A DNA stretch of 63,981 bases from Chloroflexota bacterium (GTDB lineage Bacteria > Chloroflexota > Limnocylindria > Limnocylindrales > CSP1-4): contig PMBR01000117.1 in assembly GCA_003152995.1 (NCBI GenBank), positions 1-63,981 of the forward strand, read 5' to 3'. The translations under genes were made by a program, and so were the position numbers. How positions within the stretch are numbered: position 1 is the first letter of the stretch; each line of letters starts with the position of its first letter. The notes under the pieces are model-generated. The model had not been told where the DNA came from and did no database searches. It saw only the letters and a list, made by a program, of their open reading frames with translations. Positions 43,432-53,570 of this stretch are shown here, piece by piece.

Positions 43432-44601
43432 TCAGTCCGACTCAGGCCCGTCCGCGCTCAGCGGAGCGCCGGAGGCCTCGAGCTCGTCCTCGTCGTCTGG
43501 CGCGGGCGCTGGCTTCTCCGGATAAATCTCGCGGTACAACCCAGCTCCCATGAGTTGGTCGATGGCCCCCACGAACCAGGCCACCGCGTCCTCCGAGTTG
43601 TCGACCAGGATTGCACGCTTCGTCGTCTTGAGGACGGGCCAGCCTTCCACTGGGCGTCCCCAATCAGCGAGCGAGTCGTGACGCTTGGCCCAGTCTCGGA
43701 CGACGCCCCGGACATCGGCGTACTTGGGATCGGCCTCGAGCCAGACGGTCATGTTCGTCTCGCCATCTATAGGCTCGTAACCGTAGGTGACCCAGACGCG
43801 GCGACCGTTGCCAAAGAAGAGCGTCACTCGCCCGTGGGCGGCGAACTGGTTGCGGCACGTTCGCTCAACCCAGTGATTGGGCCAGCGGAACTCGGGCGGA
43901 AACCCCAACTCGCGATGCTCCGGAGCGTCGAGGGCTTCGTTCACCTGCCGGAGCACCGCGAGGGCCTTGCGGAATAAGTGGTAAGCATCTTCGAGCGAGA
44001 TCGCCTCCCGGGCTGAGACCGGCAGCGTCCATTCCTCGGTCATCTTGATCTCCTGCAGGTATTCACGAAGATCGAGCCAGTGCTCACCTGGCTTGTGAGT
44101 GTCCCTGACGGCGTCCGCGATGGCTTGCCAGCGGAGCTGGTGAGGCTTGGCTTCACTGTCCATCGGCTCGGGCGCGAGCAGAACCAGGTCGCGCCGGCTG
44201 TCTGGATGGGCTTCGATGTAGTCTCGGTAGTGTGCCAGCTGATTGCCGCTTAAGCCGGCGTTCACCTTGTTCTCGAACCAGATCTCTCTCCGGGTTTCGC
44301 TGTGGCCCCGTCCGTCTGGTCGGGCGATCGTGAGATGGAGCACCAGATCGATGAAGCCGTAGGAGGGAGCCGCCGCCGAGGCGGGCATCGGCCACTGGGT
44401 GACCGCGGTCACTCGGGCGTGATGGACCTCGTCCTCGTCGATGATCCCCGCCCGGCCGAGGGCAAGAAGAATGGGCTGCGGATTGCGGCGGATCGCCTCG
44501 GCCAGGGCCTCAGTGGTGAAGTTCTCCTGACTTTCGACAAGTCTCTCGTCGCCAGCTCCCGACACCTTGGCGTACCGGAACAGGTGCTCCAGGGTGGACA
44601 T
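43432..44601 (-). CDS. PD-(D/E)xK nuclease-superfamily protein
   Basis: FIDLVLHL ... EIWFENKV gives a D...E-x-K arrangement. 389 aa. Confidence 0.55.
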   Translation of the reverse strand: MSTLEHLFRYAKVSGAGDERLVESQENFTTEALAEAIRRNPQPILLALGRAGIIDEDEVHHARVTAVTQWPMPASAAAPSYGFIDLVLHLTIARPDGRGHSETRREIWFENKVNAGLSGNQLAHYRDYIEAHPDSRRDLVLLAPEPMDSEAKPHQLRWQAIADAVRDTHKPGEHWLDLREYLQEIKMTEEWTLPVSAREAISLEDAYHLFRKALAVLRQVNEALDAPEHRELGFPPEFRWPNHWVERTCRNQFAAHGRVTLFFGNGRRVWVTYGYEPIDGETNMTVWLEADPKYADVRGVVRDWAKRHDSLADWGRPVEGWPVLKTTKRAILVDNSEDAVAWFVGAIDQLMGAGLYREIYPEKPAPAPDDEDELEASGAPLSADGPESD

Positions 44602-44822
44602 CCGACCCCTTCATCGAGATCCGGCCGGCGGCCGAACCGATGAGCCAATCCTAGCGCGCGCTTGCCGGCCTCGTCCCACCAATCGCACGATCGGGTGATC
44701 GTGGCTCGTGTCTGACGAGCCGCTCCACAAGTTCGGGAGCCAGTAGAGCTCCGACGGGCTTTCGCTGGCGCCGCTACCAGCCGCGGGCCTCGCTCGCATT
44801 ATTGCTGACCGGCAGCTGGCGC

Positions 44823-45659
44823 TTATGCGGTCGCGGCAGGCGTCGCACCAGCGCGGTCTCGAGCGTTCACTCGGAGGACCGCAACTGCAGCGGGTAGCAA
44901 AGTGACGACCCCTACTCCGCCCACGACCACGGCAACAGCGAGGGGAACCTCATCGCCGGCGAGCGCCGCAAAAGCAAACCCTCCGACGATGCCCGCTGAG
45001 GTGAGGAAGAGCCAGATGAGCATCGGGAGCGCGAACGCTCCGGCGACCGGGACACCTCGGAGGAGGCCAACGCCGGCCACGACGCACAGCGGCAGGAAGA
45101 GTCCGAGATCGAGGGCATAGACGGGGTTCGTTGGGAGGCCGGCCTTCGCGAGGTCCACGGGCGGAACGCCACTCGTCGTGGCGGTCGCGATCTGCCCCAG
45201 CCAGAGCATCCCAAAGAGGGCCGCAACGAGGAGGAGCACGGCGACCGATGTGCGGCGCGGGAGCCGCCCGATGAGGACGCGGCCGGCGCCAGCGAGGTCC
45301 GCGGAGGACAGGCTGAGCACGAGGCTCCAGACCGCGAGTCCTAGGATCGCGATATAGACCGCGGCGAGCGGGTTCATCACCACGGAGAACGCGAAAATCG
45401 CGTAGTTGTAGACGAGGTAGAGGAGGCCAGCAGTCGCCGCAAGGCGGCCCACGAGCGAGCCATGACGGGCAGTCGCCAGACCCACGACTAGGATCGGCAC
45501 CGCCAGGAACAGCGTCGCAAGGTCAATCCCGCGCGCCTGTTGGGCCCAGAAGGGGACGTCACGGTAAAGACCGCCGATACCAAGTCCGGCCGCCGCGGCG
45601 ACGGCGGCAAGCAGGGCCGCGATCCAGGCCAGCGGGTCGGCGATGGCGAGTCGGTTCAT
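44823..45659 (-). CDS. Polytopic membrane protein
   Basis: 278 aa made up almost entirely of TM helices. Confidence 0.6.
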   Translation of the reverse strand: MNRLAIADPLAWIAALLAAVAAAAGLGIGGLYRDVPFWAQQARGIDLATLFLAVPILVVGLATARHGSLVGRLAATAGLLYLVYNYAIFAFSVVMNPLAAVYIAILGLAVWSLVLSLSSADLAGAGRVLIGRLPRRTSVAVLLLVAALFGMLWLGQIATATTSGVPPVDLAKAGLPTNPVYALDLGLFLPLCVVAGVGLLRGVPVAGAFALPMLIWLFLTSAGIVGGFAFAALAGDEVPLAVAVVVGGVGVVTLLPAAVAVLRVNARDRAGATPAATA

Positions 45660-45882
45660 TGAGACCTCCTGAGAACGCGTGCCTGAAGCTCGTTGTCGCC
45701 AAGGGCGGACGCCCCTCCAGGGTGGGGTTCCGCCGGGCGAAGAGGCAGAGTCGATTGGCCCTCAGCCGGCCCGCTTCGTCAGGGCCTACTGGTCCGGCTG
45801 CCACGATGCCGCGATAGCGTTGCTTTCTCCGGCCAGCTGAGTGACTCATGTGGGCGACCACCTTGTACCCGAGGCGCCCACG

Positions 45883-46818
45883 ATGACCGCTCAACCACTC
45901 CCGGCCCTGACCAGCGGAGACCCCTCCGCCTGGGACCAGGCCCTCTACGCCTTCTTGATAGAGAAGGGCAACCGCTCGGGATCGAAGCGGACGGTCGAGT
46001 CATACAGCCGGATGCTCTGGCCCTTCTTCGCCGAGCGCAGCTTGACGCCTGATCGAGTCAAGCCTGGCGAGGTCCTCGCCTGGGTCCATGGCATCGGCCG
46101 CTCCGGTCGGACACCGTCCTCAACCACGGTCGGTGCGCGGATCGCGTGCCTGTCCTCCTTCTACCGCTTCCTGATCAGGATGGGCCTGGTCGTCAGCAAC
46201 CCCTGCGACGCCGTCGAGCGACCCAGAGCCATTCAGTCCGTTGCCCGGGGATACAGCGCCGACGAGGTGCGACGGCTCCTTGCGGTGGTCCCCGACACCA
46301 TCGCCGGGCGGCGAGACCGAGCCATCCTCCTCACACTCGTTCTGACGGGACGGCGTCGGACCGAGGTGATCAGCCTGAAGGCCGGCGACCTCAGCATCGA
46401 AGGCGAGACGGTCTTCTATGCCTACCGAGGCAAGGGCGGTAAGAGAGGTCGGCGGGAACTCCCTCGCCCGGCCTACGAGGCGATATGCGCGACGCTTGCC
46501 GATGCCGGCAAGGAGCTGGCCTCGATGACTCCGGCCGAGTCGCTCTGGCAAGCCGCCGCACGAGTGGAGGGAGTCACGAGCGGCACGTTCTACGCCAGGT
46601 TCCGCCGATATCTGCAGCTTGCCGGCATGGCCCCGACCGGCATACACGTCTTGCGGCATACGGCGGCAAAGCTGCGGCGAGATGCCGGGGAGTCGATCGA
46701 GTCAGTCAGCCAGTTCTTGGACCACAGTTCGCTCGCGGTCACGAGCGTCTACCTGCGCCGACTGGAGGGTCAGGAGGACCTGACGTGGCGCGAGGTTGCG
46801 GAGGCAATCGGGGTCTGA
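45883..46818 (+). CDS. Tyrosine recombinase/integrase, copy B
   Basis: Same catalytic motifs as copy A. DNA homology to copy A spans about 45813..46818. Confidence 0.9.
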   Translation: MTAQPLPALTSGDPSAWDQALYAFLIEKGNRSGSKRTVESYSRMLWPFFAERSLTPDRVKPGEVLAWVHGIGRSGRTPSSTTVGARIACLSSFYRFLIRMGLVVSNPCDAVERPRAIQSVARGYSADEVRRLLAVVPDTIAGRRDRAILLTLVLTGRRRTEVISLKAGDLSIEGETVFYAYRGKGGKRGRRELPRPAYEAICATLADAGKELASMTPAESLWQAAARVEGVTSGTFYARFRRYLQLAGMAPTGIHVLRHTAAKLRRDAGESIESVSQFLDHSSLAVTSVYLRRLEGQEDLTWREVAEAIGV

Positions 46819-46890
46819 GGCTTGATAAGAATCAGTCGGCCCCGGCGCCTTGCGCCAGGAACTCGCCCAGAATCGCCCACCCAACCAGCA

Positions 46891-47691
46891 TCACAGGCGT
46901 GCCCACCGCTCCGAGACTCCACCGATGATCTGCGGGGGTATGCCGAGTGCTGCGACGAAGTTCGGCTCGGGCACGATGGGCACTCCGTAGTCTCGCGCCT
47001 TCTGCAGAGTGGTCGTCACTTCGTTCGAATCGGCGACGATCAAGACCTGCGTCTTCTTGGTAAGCCGTGGGAGCACTTCGCAACCGGCCCATCGAGCGAG
47101 CATGACCTGAGCGTTTCGGTCGAGTGGCGCGCCGTAGAGAGTGGTCGAGCCCTGTCCGCTAAAGACGACGGACTTTCCGCCCCAAGTCGAGTCCGCTGGT
47201 GTCCGATTGTCGGTCGCCAGCTCCACGATGCACTCGCCCGGCGTCCCTAGGTGAAGAACGACACCCACGCCTCCACGTTCAGACTGGAGCGCGGCATCAC
47301 ATGCCACCGCGGGCGGAGTAGCCCCTGATGTCGCCGCAAGCCAGCGAAAGACCGGTTGATAGCTTGCCGCGTCGGTCCGAGACAGGTAGCCCGCCAACGA
47401 CCAGGTGCCGCCCGCCCACAGGACCACAGCAATCGCGTTGCGGTCGTACTGGTTGGCGGGCTCAGCAACGAGCAGTGCCTTGTAGTAGCCCGGCGGCGGC
47501 CCGGGCATCCCAGGCGGGAGATCGTTTGGCCCGGGCGGCCGCGCAAGCCTCACCGACGCTTGTCGGTAGTACTCGCCGACGACCGGCAGCATCGCGTCGT
47601 CGCGCAAACGGGTGAAACACGTCACGTTGAGGCGGGCGGAGTTAACTCCGCTACCACCGAGAAAGCGCCGTAGGAAACTCATGCCTCGCAC
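46891..47691 (-). CDS. HIRAN-domain / BRCT-domain protein (variable-slot cargo of module B)
   Basis: HIRAN-like VVGEYYRQ...LLVAEPANQYDRNAIAVV...GYLSR. C-terminal BRCT-like GKSVVFSG...TKKTQVLIVAD...KARDYGVPIV. Confidence 0.7.
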   Translation of the reverse strand: MRGMSFLRRFLGGSGVNSARLNVTCFTRLRDDAMLPVVGEYYRQASVRLARPPGPNDLPPGMPGPPPGYYKALLVAEPANQYDRNAIAVVLWAGGTWSLAGYLSRTDAASYQPVFRWLAATSGATPPAVACDAALQSERGGVGVVLHLGTPGECIVELATDNRTPADSTWGGKSVVFSGQGSTTLYGAPLDRNAQVMLARWAGCEVLPRLTKKTQVLIVADSNEVTTTLQKARDYGVPIVPEPNFVAALGIPPQIIGGVSERWARL

Positions 47692-47848
47692 CCTCTAGCA
47701 CCGTGAGCACCCTCAATAACCTACGCGCTTTTGGTCAGTGACGGACGACGAGTACGCACGGACTGACCCGTAGCCCCGGCGAAGAGCCCGCGGTCCGAGG
47801 GAGCGCCAGATAAGCGCCCGATAAGCGGCGACTGCTAGGGTCGGCTCG

Positions 47849-47930
47849 GGTCGGGCTCCGCTCTGTGACCGGGCCGATGCCGGACGACGGTGAGCGAGCC
47901 AGCGAGGGTGATGCCGCAGGCGTCCCGACC
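47849..47930. repeat. 82-bp conserved repeat, copy 3 (homology to copy 1 extends back to about 47800)
   Basis: Same orientation as copies 1 and 2. Lies 158 to 239 nt upstream of the HIRAN-BRCT start codon on the minus strand. Confidence 0.85.
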
Positions 47931-47935
47931 TAGCC

Positions 47936-48727
47936 TTGCCGCGCGACCCCACGGGACGTGGGCCGGGGCGAGACAATGCAGCCGTGACAGGGTCGAGAGA
48001 TCGCGATAGCCATGGAAGCGCTCGCGGGCCGCAGGACCAGCGCCGGCTCCATGACTGGCTGGCGTGGGACGAGTCGGTCAGGCGAGGGCGACGCATTCTC
48101 TCCTTCGATCCGGACTGGACGCCCCGACCAGGCGGCCCTCAGTCCCCCGAGTACATCCGCTGGCGACAGGCCGTCGAACTTCGTCGCCTGCTCGCGGAGG
48201 CCAACCGCGCCCTGATCGAGCTGCACCTGCCGGCCCTGTTCCGCGACTACTGGATCGCCTGCTTCCTAGCGCCCTACGAGCGCGATGGTCTCGAGGTCAT
48301 CTGCGATCCGCAGCCAACCGGGGACGTGACCACCGAGCGCGTCTACCCGCCGCCCTCGGAGTCGTGGTTCGACGCGGGCATCGACTACTCCACCGCTCCG
48401 GCCACACTGCTGATAGAGGGACCAGCCGCGCTCGCGAGCAGCCTCGTCCTTCGTGCCGCGGTTCGTCGGGCGCTGGAGAGCAAGCGACGGTCGGGCTTTG
48501 CGGCCCAGCACCCGCTCATGCGGACGCGGCAGATCGGAGCCGTGGCCGAGGATCGCACCGCCGCGAGGGGCCGGCCGAACCCTGCCAAGGAGGTCGCCAT
48601 CCGCCGTGCGCGAGCATGGGCAGCAGGCGGAGAGAAGCCCGAGTTCATTGCGCTTCGCCTCACCGAGCGCGGGTATCAAGTGTCCGCGCGAACCGTGCGG
48701 CGGTGGCTGGACGTGCCGCCAGAATAG
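47936..48727 (+). CDS. Hypothetical protein with C-terminal resolvase-type HTH
   Basis: PEFIALRLTERGYQVSARTVRRWL. The N-terminal limit is uncertain. Confidence 0.5.
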   Translation: MPRDPTGRGPGRDNAAVTGSRDRDSHGSARGPQDQRRLHDWLAWDESVRRGRRILSFDPDWTPRPGGPQSPEYIRWRQAVELRRLLAEANRALIELHLPALFRDYWIACFLAPYERDGLEVICDPQPTGDVTTERVYPPPSESWFDAGIDYSTAPATLLIEGPAALASSLVLRAAVRRALESKRRSGFAAQHPLMRTRQIGAVAEDRTAARGRPNPAKEVAIRRARAWAAGGEKPEFIALRLTERGYQVSARTVRRWLDVPPE

Positions 48728-48811
48728 GGAAATTGACACGCCGTCTGGGCAGCACGAGGGGCCGAAGCCGAAGGCATAGGCGACGATCAGGCCCCCGGAT
48801 AATCTCGCCTC

Positions 48812-49027
48812 ATGGCCGCACGAGACACCGCGACACCAACAGCAGCCGGCGCTACTCGACATGAGACGCCGGCGCCCGGACTCGCCCTGCCTCGTCGTCG
48901 ACTTGCACGACCCCTCGACATCGAGCATGTGTATGTCCCTGACCGCGACGTCATGGCGGCAGCCCTCCGGATCGTCCTGGGACTTCCCCGCCGCTTGCCC
49001 GACGGTCTGCATGGGAGACCTCGATGA
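48812..49027 (+). CDS. Small conserved ORF translationally coupled to LSR-B
   Basis: ATGA overlap with the LSR-B start. C-terminus RRLARPLDIEHVYVPDRDVMAAALRIVLGLPRRLPD is homologous to 14375..14557. Confidence 0.6.
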   Translation: MAARDTATPTAAGATRHETPAPGLALPRRRLARPLDIEHVYVPDRDVMAAALRIVLGLPRRLPDGLHGRPR

Positions 49028-50778
49028 GCGCGATGACAACGGCGGTGGCGGTCCGGCGGGTGGCGATCTACATCCGAGTCAGCAGCGAGGACCAGGCGGA
49101 GCGCGGCAGCATCAAGACCCAGGAGGACGAGATCCGGCGTCGCCTGGAGCGCGAACCCGGAGTGGTCATCGTCGGCGTCTACTCCGATGAGGGCGTGTCG
49201 GGCACGGTGCCCCTGGCCGAACGTCCGGCTGGTGCCAGGCTCCTGGCCGACGCCCGGGCGGGACTGATCGACGAGGTCTGGGTCTACAAGCTCGATCGCC
49301 TGGGCCGCGACCTCATTGGCCTCGCGATCGCCCGCCGCAGCCTCGTGGAGCTTGGCGTCCGCCTGGTCAGCGCCCATGAGGGTGAGCCCGACGAGTTCAT
49401 GTTCGACATCCAGTCCGCGGTCGCCGCCAACGAACGCCGGGTCTTCCTGCGGCGCTCGGCCGAGGGGATGAGCCGGGCGGCGCGAGAAGGTCGCTATACC
49501 GGCGGGATCGTGCCGTTCGGATACCGCGTCGCCGGCGAGAAGCAGAAGGCGCGCCTGGAGCCCGACACGGCCCCGCTGTGGGGCGATCTCTCGGCGGTTG
49601 ATCTCGTGCGCCGCATCTACAACTCGCTCGGTCTGGAGCGCCGGAGTTGCCGCTCCATCGCAGCGGAGTTCAACGCCCTGGGCATCCCGACCCACTACTC
49701 ACGCGATCATCGCGAGGTCAAACGGGGAGAACGCAAGGAGCGCACCCAGGGCCTCTGGCGGGCCGGGCGTATCCGGAACCTGGTCGTGAACCCGATCTAC
49801 AAGGGTCTCCTCCAGTACGGCCGACGGAGTGACAAGGCTCGCGAGCCCATCCCGGCTCAGATCGAGCCCCTCGTGTCTGAGGACCTTTGGCAGGCTGCTC
49901 AGCAGACCCTGGCTGCCAACCGGACCATCGCCAAGAACACCCACCGGCGCTACCTGCTCAAAGGCGTCATCCGGTGCGGCCTCGACGGGTTGACATACGT
50001 TGGCTCGCAGGGCCGCCAGGGTGTCGGCTGGTATCGCTGCGGTGGTCAGCTGGTCGAGCGCGGTCCCCTCCCCGGCCGGTGCTGGGGTCAGTCGATCCGG
50101 ACCGACGTCATCGAACCGCCGATCTGGGACGACATCGAAGCCTGGCTTCGCAACCCTGGCGACATCCTCCAAACGCTCGAAGCGGAGATCGAGCGGGTCC
50201 CGGACGTGCCCGACGAGTCGATCGCCCTTCGCCGTGCCCTCGAAGAGGTCGAGCAACGCCGGCGACGGCTCGTCTCCCTAGCCGAGGAGGGCCTTCAGAC
50301 GACCGCTGAGCTTCGTCCCGAGTTCGCTCGCCTGGCGGGCCAGCGCGAGGAGATCGAGGCACGCCTGACTCGTCTGGCGCCCCGGCCGCAGGAGCCTGTG
50401 CCGGCGGAGACCATCGACCTCCTCTCCGATGTGCGTACTCGCCTGGAATGCGGACTCACCGACGAGCAGCGCCAAGAGATCGTCCGGCTGCTCGTCTCGG
50501 TCGTCGTCCACACCGACACGGGCGCGGACGGCAAGAAGCAGGCCAGAGCGGTGGTGGAGTACCGGTTCCCCAATGGCGTAGATGGTGTAGTCGATTTCTC
50601 CACGGGCATGGATTCATCGCGGCGACGAGTTGGAAACGTGACGGGAAGACCGCCGCTCGGCCCACCCGGGCGATCGCGACCTGGCCGTCCTCCAGCGGCT
50701 GTCGCAGCGCCTCAAGAGCACCGCGGTCGAACTCGGGCAACTCATCGAGGAAGAGGATTCCGTCGTGCGCCAAAGTGA
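49024..50778 (+). CDS. Large serine recombinase (LSR-B) with a chimeric C-terminal tail
   Basis: YIRVSSEDQ catalytic motif. About 60-65% identity to LSR-A over the stretches aligned by eye. From about 50610 the reading frame is antisense comM sequence (about 56 aa). Confidence 0.85.
   Translation: MSAMTTAVAVRRVAIYIRVSSEDQAERGSIKTQEDEIRRRLEREPGVVIVGVYSDEGVSGTVPLAERPAGARLLADARAGLIDEVWVYKLDRLGRDLIGLAIARRSLVELGVRLVSAHEGEPDEFMFDIQSAVAANERRVFLRRSAEGMSRAAREGRYTGGIVPFGYRVAGEKQKARLEPDTAPLWGDLSAVDLVRRIYNSLGLERRSCRSIAAEFNALGIPTHYSRDHREVKRGERKERTQGLWRAGRIRNLVVNPIYKGLLQYGRRSDKAREPIPAQIEPLVSEDLWQAAQQTLAANRTIAKNTHRRYLLKGVIRCGLDGLTYVGSQGRQGVGWYRCGGQLVERGPLPGRCWGQSIRTDVIEPPIWDDIEAWLRNPGDILQTLEAEIERVPDVPDESIALRRALEEVEQRRRRLVSLAEEGLQTTAELRPEFARLAGQREEIEARLTRLAPRPQEPVPAETIDLLSDVRTRLECGLTDEQRQEIVRLLVSVVVHTDTGADGKKQARAVVEYRFPNGVDGVVDFSTGMDSSRRRVGNVTGRPPLGPPGRSRPGRPPAAVAAPQEHRGRTRATHRGRGFRRAPK
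50597..50618. other. Island/chromosome junction (attR-like hybrid site)
   Basis: tctccacgg-gcat matches the left arm and spacer of the LSR-A palindrome. The following ggattcatc is comM coding sequence (antisense of ATGAATCC). Confidence 0.6.
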
Positions 50779-51715
50779 CCTCGCCCGGGGAAAGGCGAGG
50801 GCCGCCGCCGACCATGGCCGCATACGAGATGGTGTGGTGAGGCGATCGGAATGGGCGCCGTCTGATCAAACCTCGTATCGGGACCGTGCCGGCAACAGAG
50901 GCGATGATCGTCGCCACCCGCGATTCCTCGTCGTCGAGAGGGGGCAGCAATCCCGGAATCGTTCTGGCCAGAAGAGTCTTGCCCGATCCGGGCGGGCCGA
51001 TCATCAGCAGACAGTGACCGCCGGCCAGCGCCACCTCCAGGCCCCGTCGAGCCTCCAGTTGGCCTCGTACCTCCGCCAGGTCAGGCGCCGCGTCGCCGTC
51101 CTCCGACGCCTGCCCCACCGCCGAGCAATGAGCGTCTCCGTCATCGGCCTCGAGGCGCACCGCGTCCGATAGTTCGACGCGTGGCGGCATCGTTCGCGTT
51201 CGCCCGTGGCGGCTGGCGCGCAGCAGCGCCGCCGCCTCTGCCAGTGTGGCCGCCGGCACGACCTCGACGCCATCCGCGAGCGACGCCTCAGCAGCGCCAT
51301 CCGCAGGCACGATCACGCGCCTGACGCGCCGCCTTCCCAGCGCCATGACCATCGGCAGCAGGCCCGGCACGGGGCGCAGGTCCCCGCCCAGCGACAACTC
51401 GCCGAGCACCGCCCACCTGCCCGTAGCCTTGACCTGCTCCGAACCGACCATGATGCCGAGGGCTATCGCCAGATCGAGCGACGCGCCACCTTTGCGCAGG
51501 TCGGCGGGCGCCAGGTTCACCGTAATGCGCCGTGGTGGGTAGTCGTAGCCGCTGTTCCGGATCGCCCCCCGGACTCGCTCCCGCGCTTCCTGCAAGGCAG
51601 TGTCCGCGAGCCCAACGATCGTGAAGCCCGGCAGACCTGGAGCGACATCGACTTCGACGCGAACGATGCGGCCATCGAGGCCGTGAACGGTGGCAGATAG
51701 CAGTGACGCAAGCAC
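50601..51715 (-). pseudogene. comM: comM/yifB (Mg-chelatase-like ATPase), 5' fragment truncated by island insertion
   Basis: N-terminus [15 protein letters not shown]...[22 protein letters not shown], Walker [18 protein letters not shown], ending ...[11 protein letters not shown], where family members continue CG. The last 47 aa of the track ORF are unrelated island sequence. Confidence 0.85.
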
Positions 51716-52064
51716 ACCGGCGACGCTACGCCTGGGGAATCAACTCCGGCTTATCTGAGCCTTACGGAAGCGGCGCCCCGGCGCCCAGACCGCAACGAGG
51801 CTCGCCGTCTCGGTGGTCTGCGAAGGCGCATGGAAGGCACGATCGCGGTCGCCTACAACCTGCGGGTCCGGACTCGATCGATGGCATCCGCCGACTCCTG
51901 GAGACCAACCTGACGACATCGCGCCGCGGGCAGCCACCCGTCCGAACCGGCCAGCGCGACGATCCTCCCACCCGATTGCATGGGCCTTCTACCGGAACAA
52001 TGATCCGCCCGGCGGTGCGGCCACATGCGTTTGGCGAAACTCGCGCCGTTGGAGGATTCCTCGA

Positions 52065-53351
52065 ATGGCTGCCGAACCGCTCACCGAACCCATCGTTCTA
52101 GCCGATGCCGCTCCCGAAGCTCCACTAGCTGAGCCGTCCCGCTCGCGGCGCTCGATCCTCGGGGCCGGGCTCGCAGGCCTGGCCGGTCTGGTTCTCGGCT
52201 CGCTCGGGAGACCGCAAGCGGCTGACGCAGCGGCGGGTGGCTCGCTCGTGATGGGTGCGGCCAACAGCGCCGGCACGACGAACACGAGCCTCGCGACCAA
52301 CTCGACCGGCACAGCCATGTACGTCACCCAGGCCGGCACCGGCACCGCCGTTCGAGGCATTGCCAACAACGGCATCGCCGGCTTCTTCACCAGCTCGAAC
52401 GGCTCGGGTGTCAGCGGTGTCGTGGCGAACAACACCAAGTACGGCGTGTACGGCGCTAACGACGCGTTGACCAACGGTGGCGGCGCCGCCATCCGGGCCA
52501 GCGGTGAGCAGAACCACGGTCTCGTGGCCACCACGGCCAGTACCTTCGCCTATGCCATCAAGGCGACCAACACGAACCCGGGCACCGGCTATTCGTCGGG
52601 CGCTGGCATCCGTGCCCTCGCGGGAAACGGCACCGACGCCGACATCGATGACCTGGCGGTGCCTCACGGCGCCGGGGAGTTCTGCGGCGGAAATGGCATC
52701 GTGGCCGTGTCCCATGGAGGAGCGGGGAACGGCGTCTCGGCCTACAGCGTCTCAGGAGCTGGCGTCTACGGTTCCTGCGGCACGGGGTGGGCCATCTACG
52801 GTTCCAGCGGCTCGGGGTACGGCGTCTACAGCAACGGCAACGCGGGGGTCTCCGGCAACCTCGACGTCATCGGCACGCTGTCCAAGGGCGGCGGCTCGTT
52901 CAAGATCGACCATCCCCTCGATCCCGCGAACAAGTTCCTCTATCACAGCTTCGTCGAATCGCCGGACATGCTCAACGTGTACAGCGGCACGGTCACGCTC
53001 GATGCCAGGGGCGAGGCGACTGTCAGTCTGCCGGCCTGGTTCGACGCCCTCAATCGAGACGCTCGGATCCAGCTCACAGCGGTCGGCGAGTTCAGCCCGC
53101 TGTACGTCAAGTCGGAGATGCACGGGGGCTCCTTCTCGATGGCTGGTGGCAAGGCTAGCCAGCGGGTGTACTGGCAACTCACCGGCATCCGACAGGACGC
53201 TTGGGCCAACGCCCACCGCATCCCGGTGGAAGAGGAGAAGCCGGCAGCCGAGCGCGGGCTCTACCTCCATCCGACCGAGCACGGCCAGGCTGCCGCCAAG
53301 GGTATCGACGCCGTCCGCAACGCCGCGATGAAGCCGCACGCGGGTAAGTAG
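52065..53351 (+). CDS. Tat-exported Gly/Ala/Asn-rich beta-helix-like protein with a conserved C-terminal domain
   Basis: ATG 52065 after GGAGGA. Twin-arginine motif SRSRRSILGAGLAGLAG. Repeats GV-G-A-N. C-terminus GGGSFKIDHPLDPANKFLYHSFVESPDMLNVYSG. Confidence 0.6.
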   Translation: MAAEPLTEPIVLADAAPEAPLAEPSRSRRSILGAGLAGLAGLVLGSLGRPQAADAAAGGSLVMGAANSAGTTNTSLATNSTGTAMYVTQAGTGTAVRGIANNGIAGFFTSSNGSGVSGVVANNTKYGVYGANDALTNGGGAAIRASGEQNHGLVATTASTFAYAIKATNTNPGTGYSSGAGIRALAGNGTDADIDDLAVPHGAGEFCGGNGIVAVSHGGAGNGVSAYSVSGAGVYGSCGTGWAIYGSSGSGYGVYSNGNAGVSGNLDVIGTLSKGGGSFKIDHPLDPANKFLYHSFVESPDMLNVYSGTVTLDARGEATVSLPAWFDALNRDARIQLTAVGEFSPLYVKSEMHGGSFSMAGGKASQRVYWQLTGIRQDAWANAHRIPVEEEKPAAERGLYLHPTEHGQAAAKGIDAVRNAAMKPHAGK

Positions 53352-53570
53352 CGGGCCGAATGGGGCCGGACCTCCGCCATGTCGATCCCGGCCCTCGCTC
53401 CGCCATCTCACACCCACACGATGGCTGCCTCGTGACGGCTCTGCGCCTCTGTCCGGGCGCCTGCGCGCCGTTCGCCCAGCCCCGGTCCCGATCAGTTGAC
53501 GACGATGCCGCTCTGGCTGCCCTTGAGCGTGGCCGTCACGGTGTCCGTGGCTTTTACGGATTGGGCAGGC

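Larger units (their letters stand above)
10872..50609. mobile_element. Integrated mobile-element region with two dual-recombinase modules; right end at comM, left end undetermined and possibly left of the window
   Basis: Two tyrosine integrases, two LSRs, an AAA_25/ParB-methyltransferase operon and polymorphic-toxin cargo, plus the comM truncation at the right edge. Confidence 0.5.

Noticed and set aside
47849-47930. The possibility that the 82-bp repeat is an SRP RNA, RNase P, tmRNA or tRNA fragment.
   Set aside because: No GGAA/AGCA SRP motif, no GGTTCGA T-loop and no RNase P conserved blocks. Three copies beside mobile-element genes also argue against a housekeeping RNA.
48266-49695. Minus-strand ORFs 48266..49039 and 48787..49695 across the HTH gene, the small ORF and the LSR-B start.
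   Set aside because: They are antisense to motif-bearing plus-strand genes.
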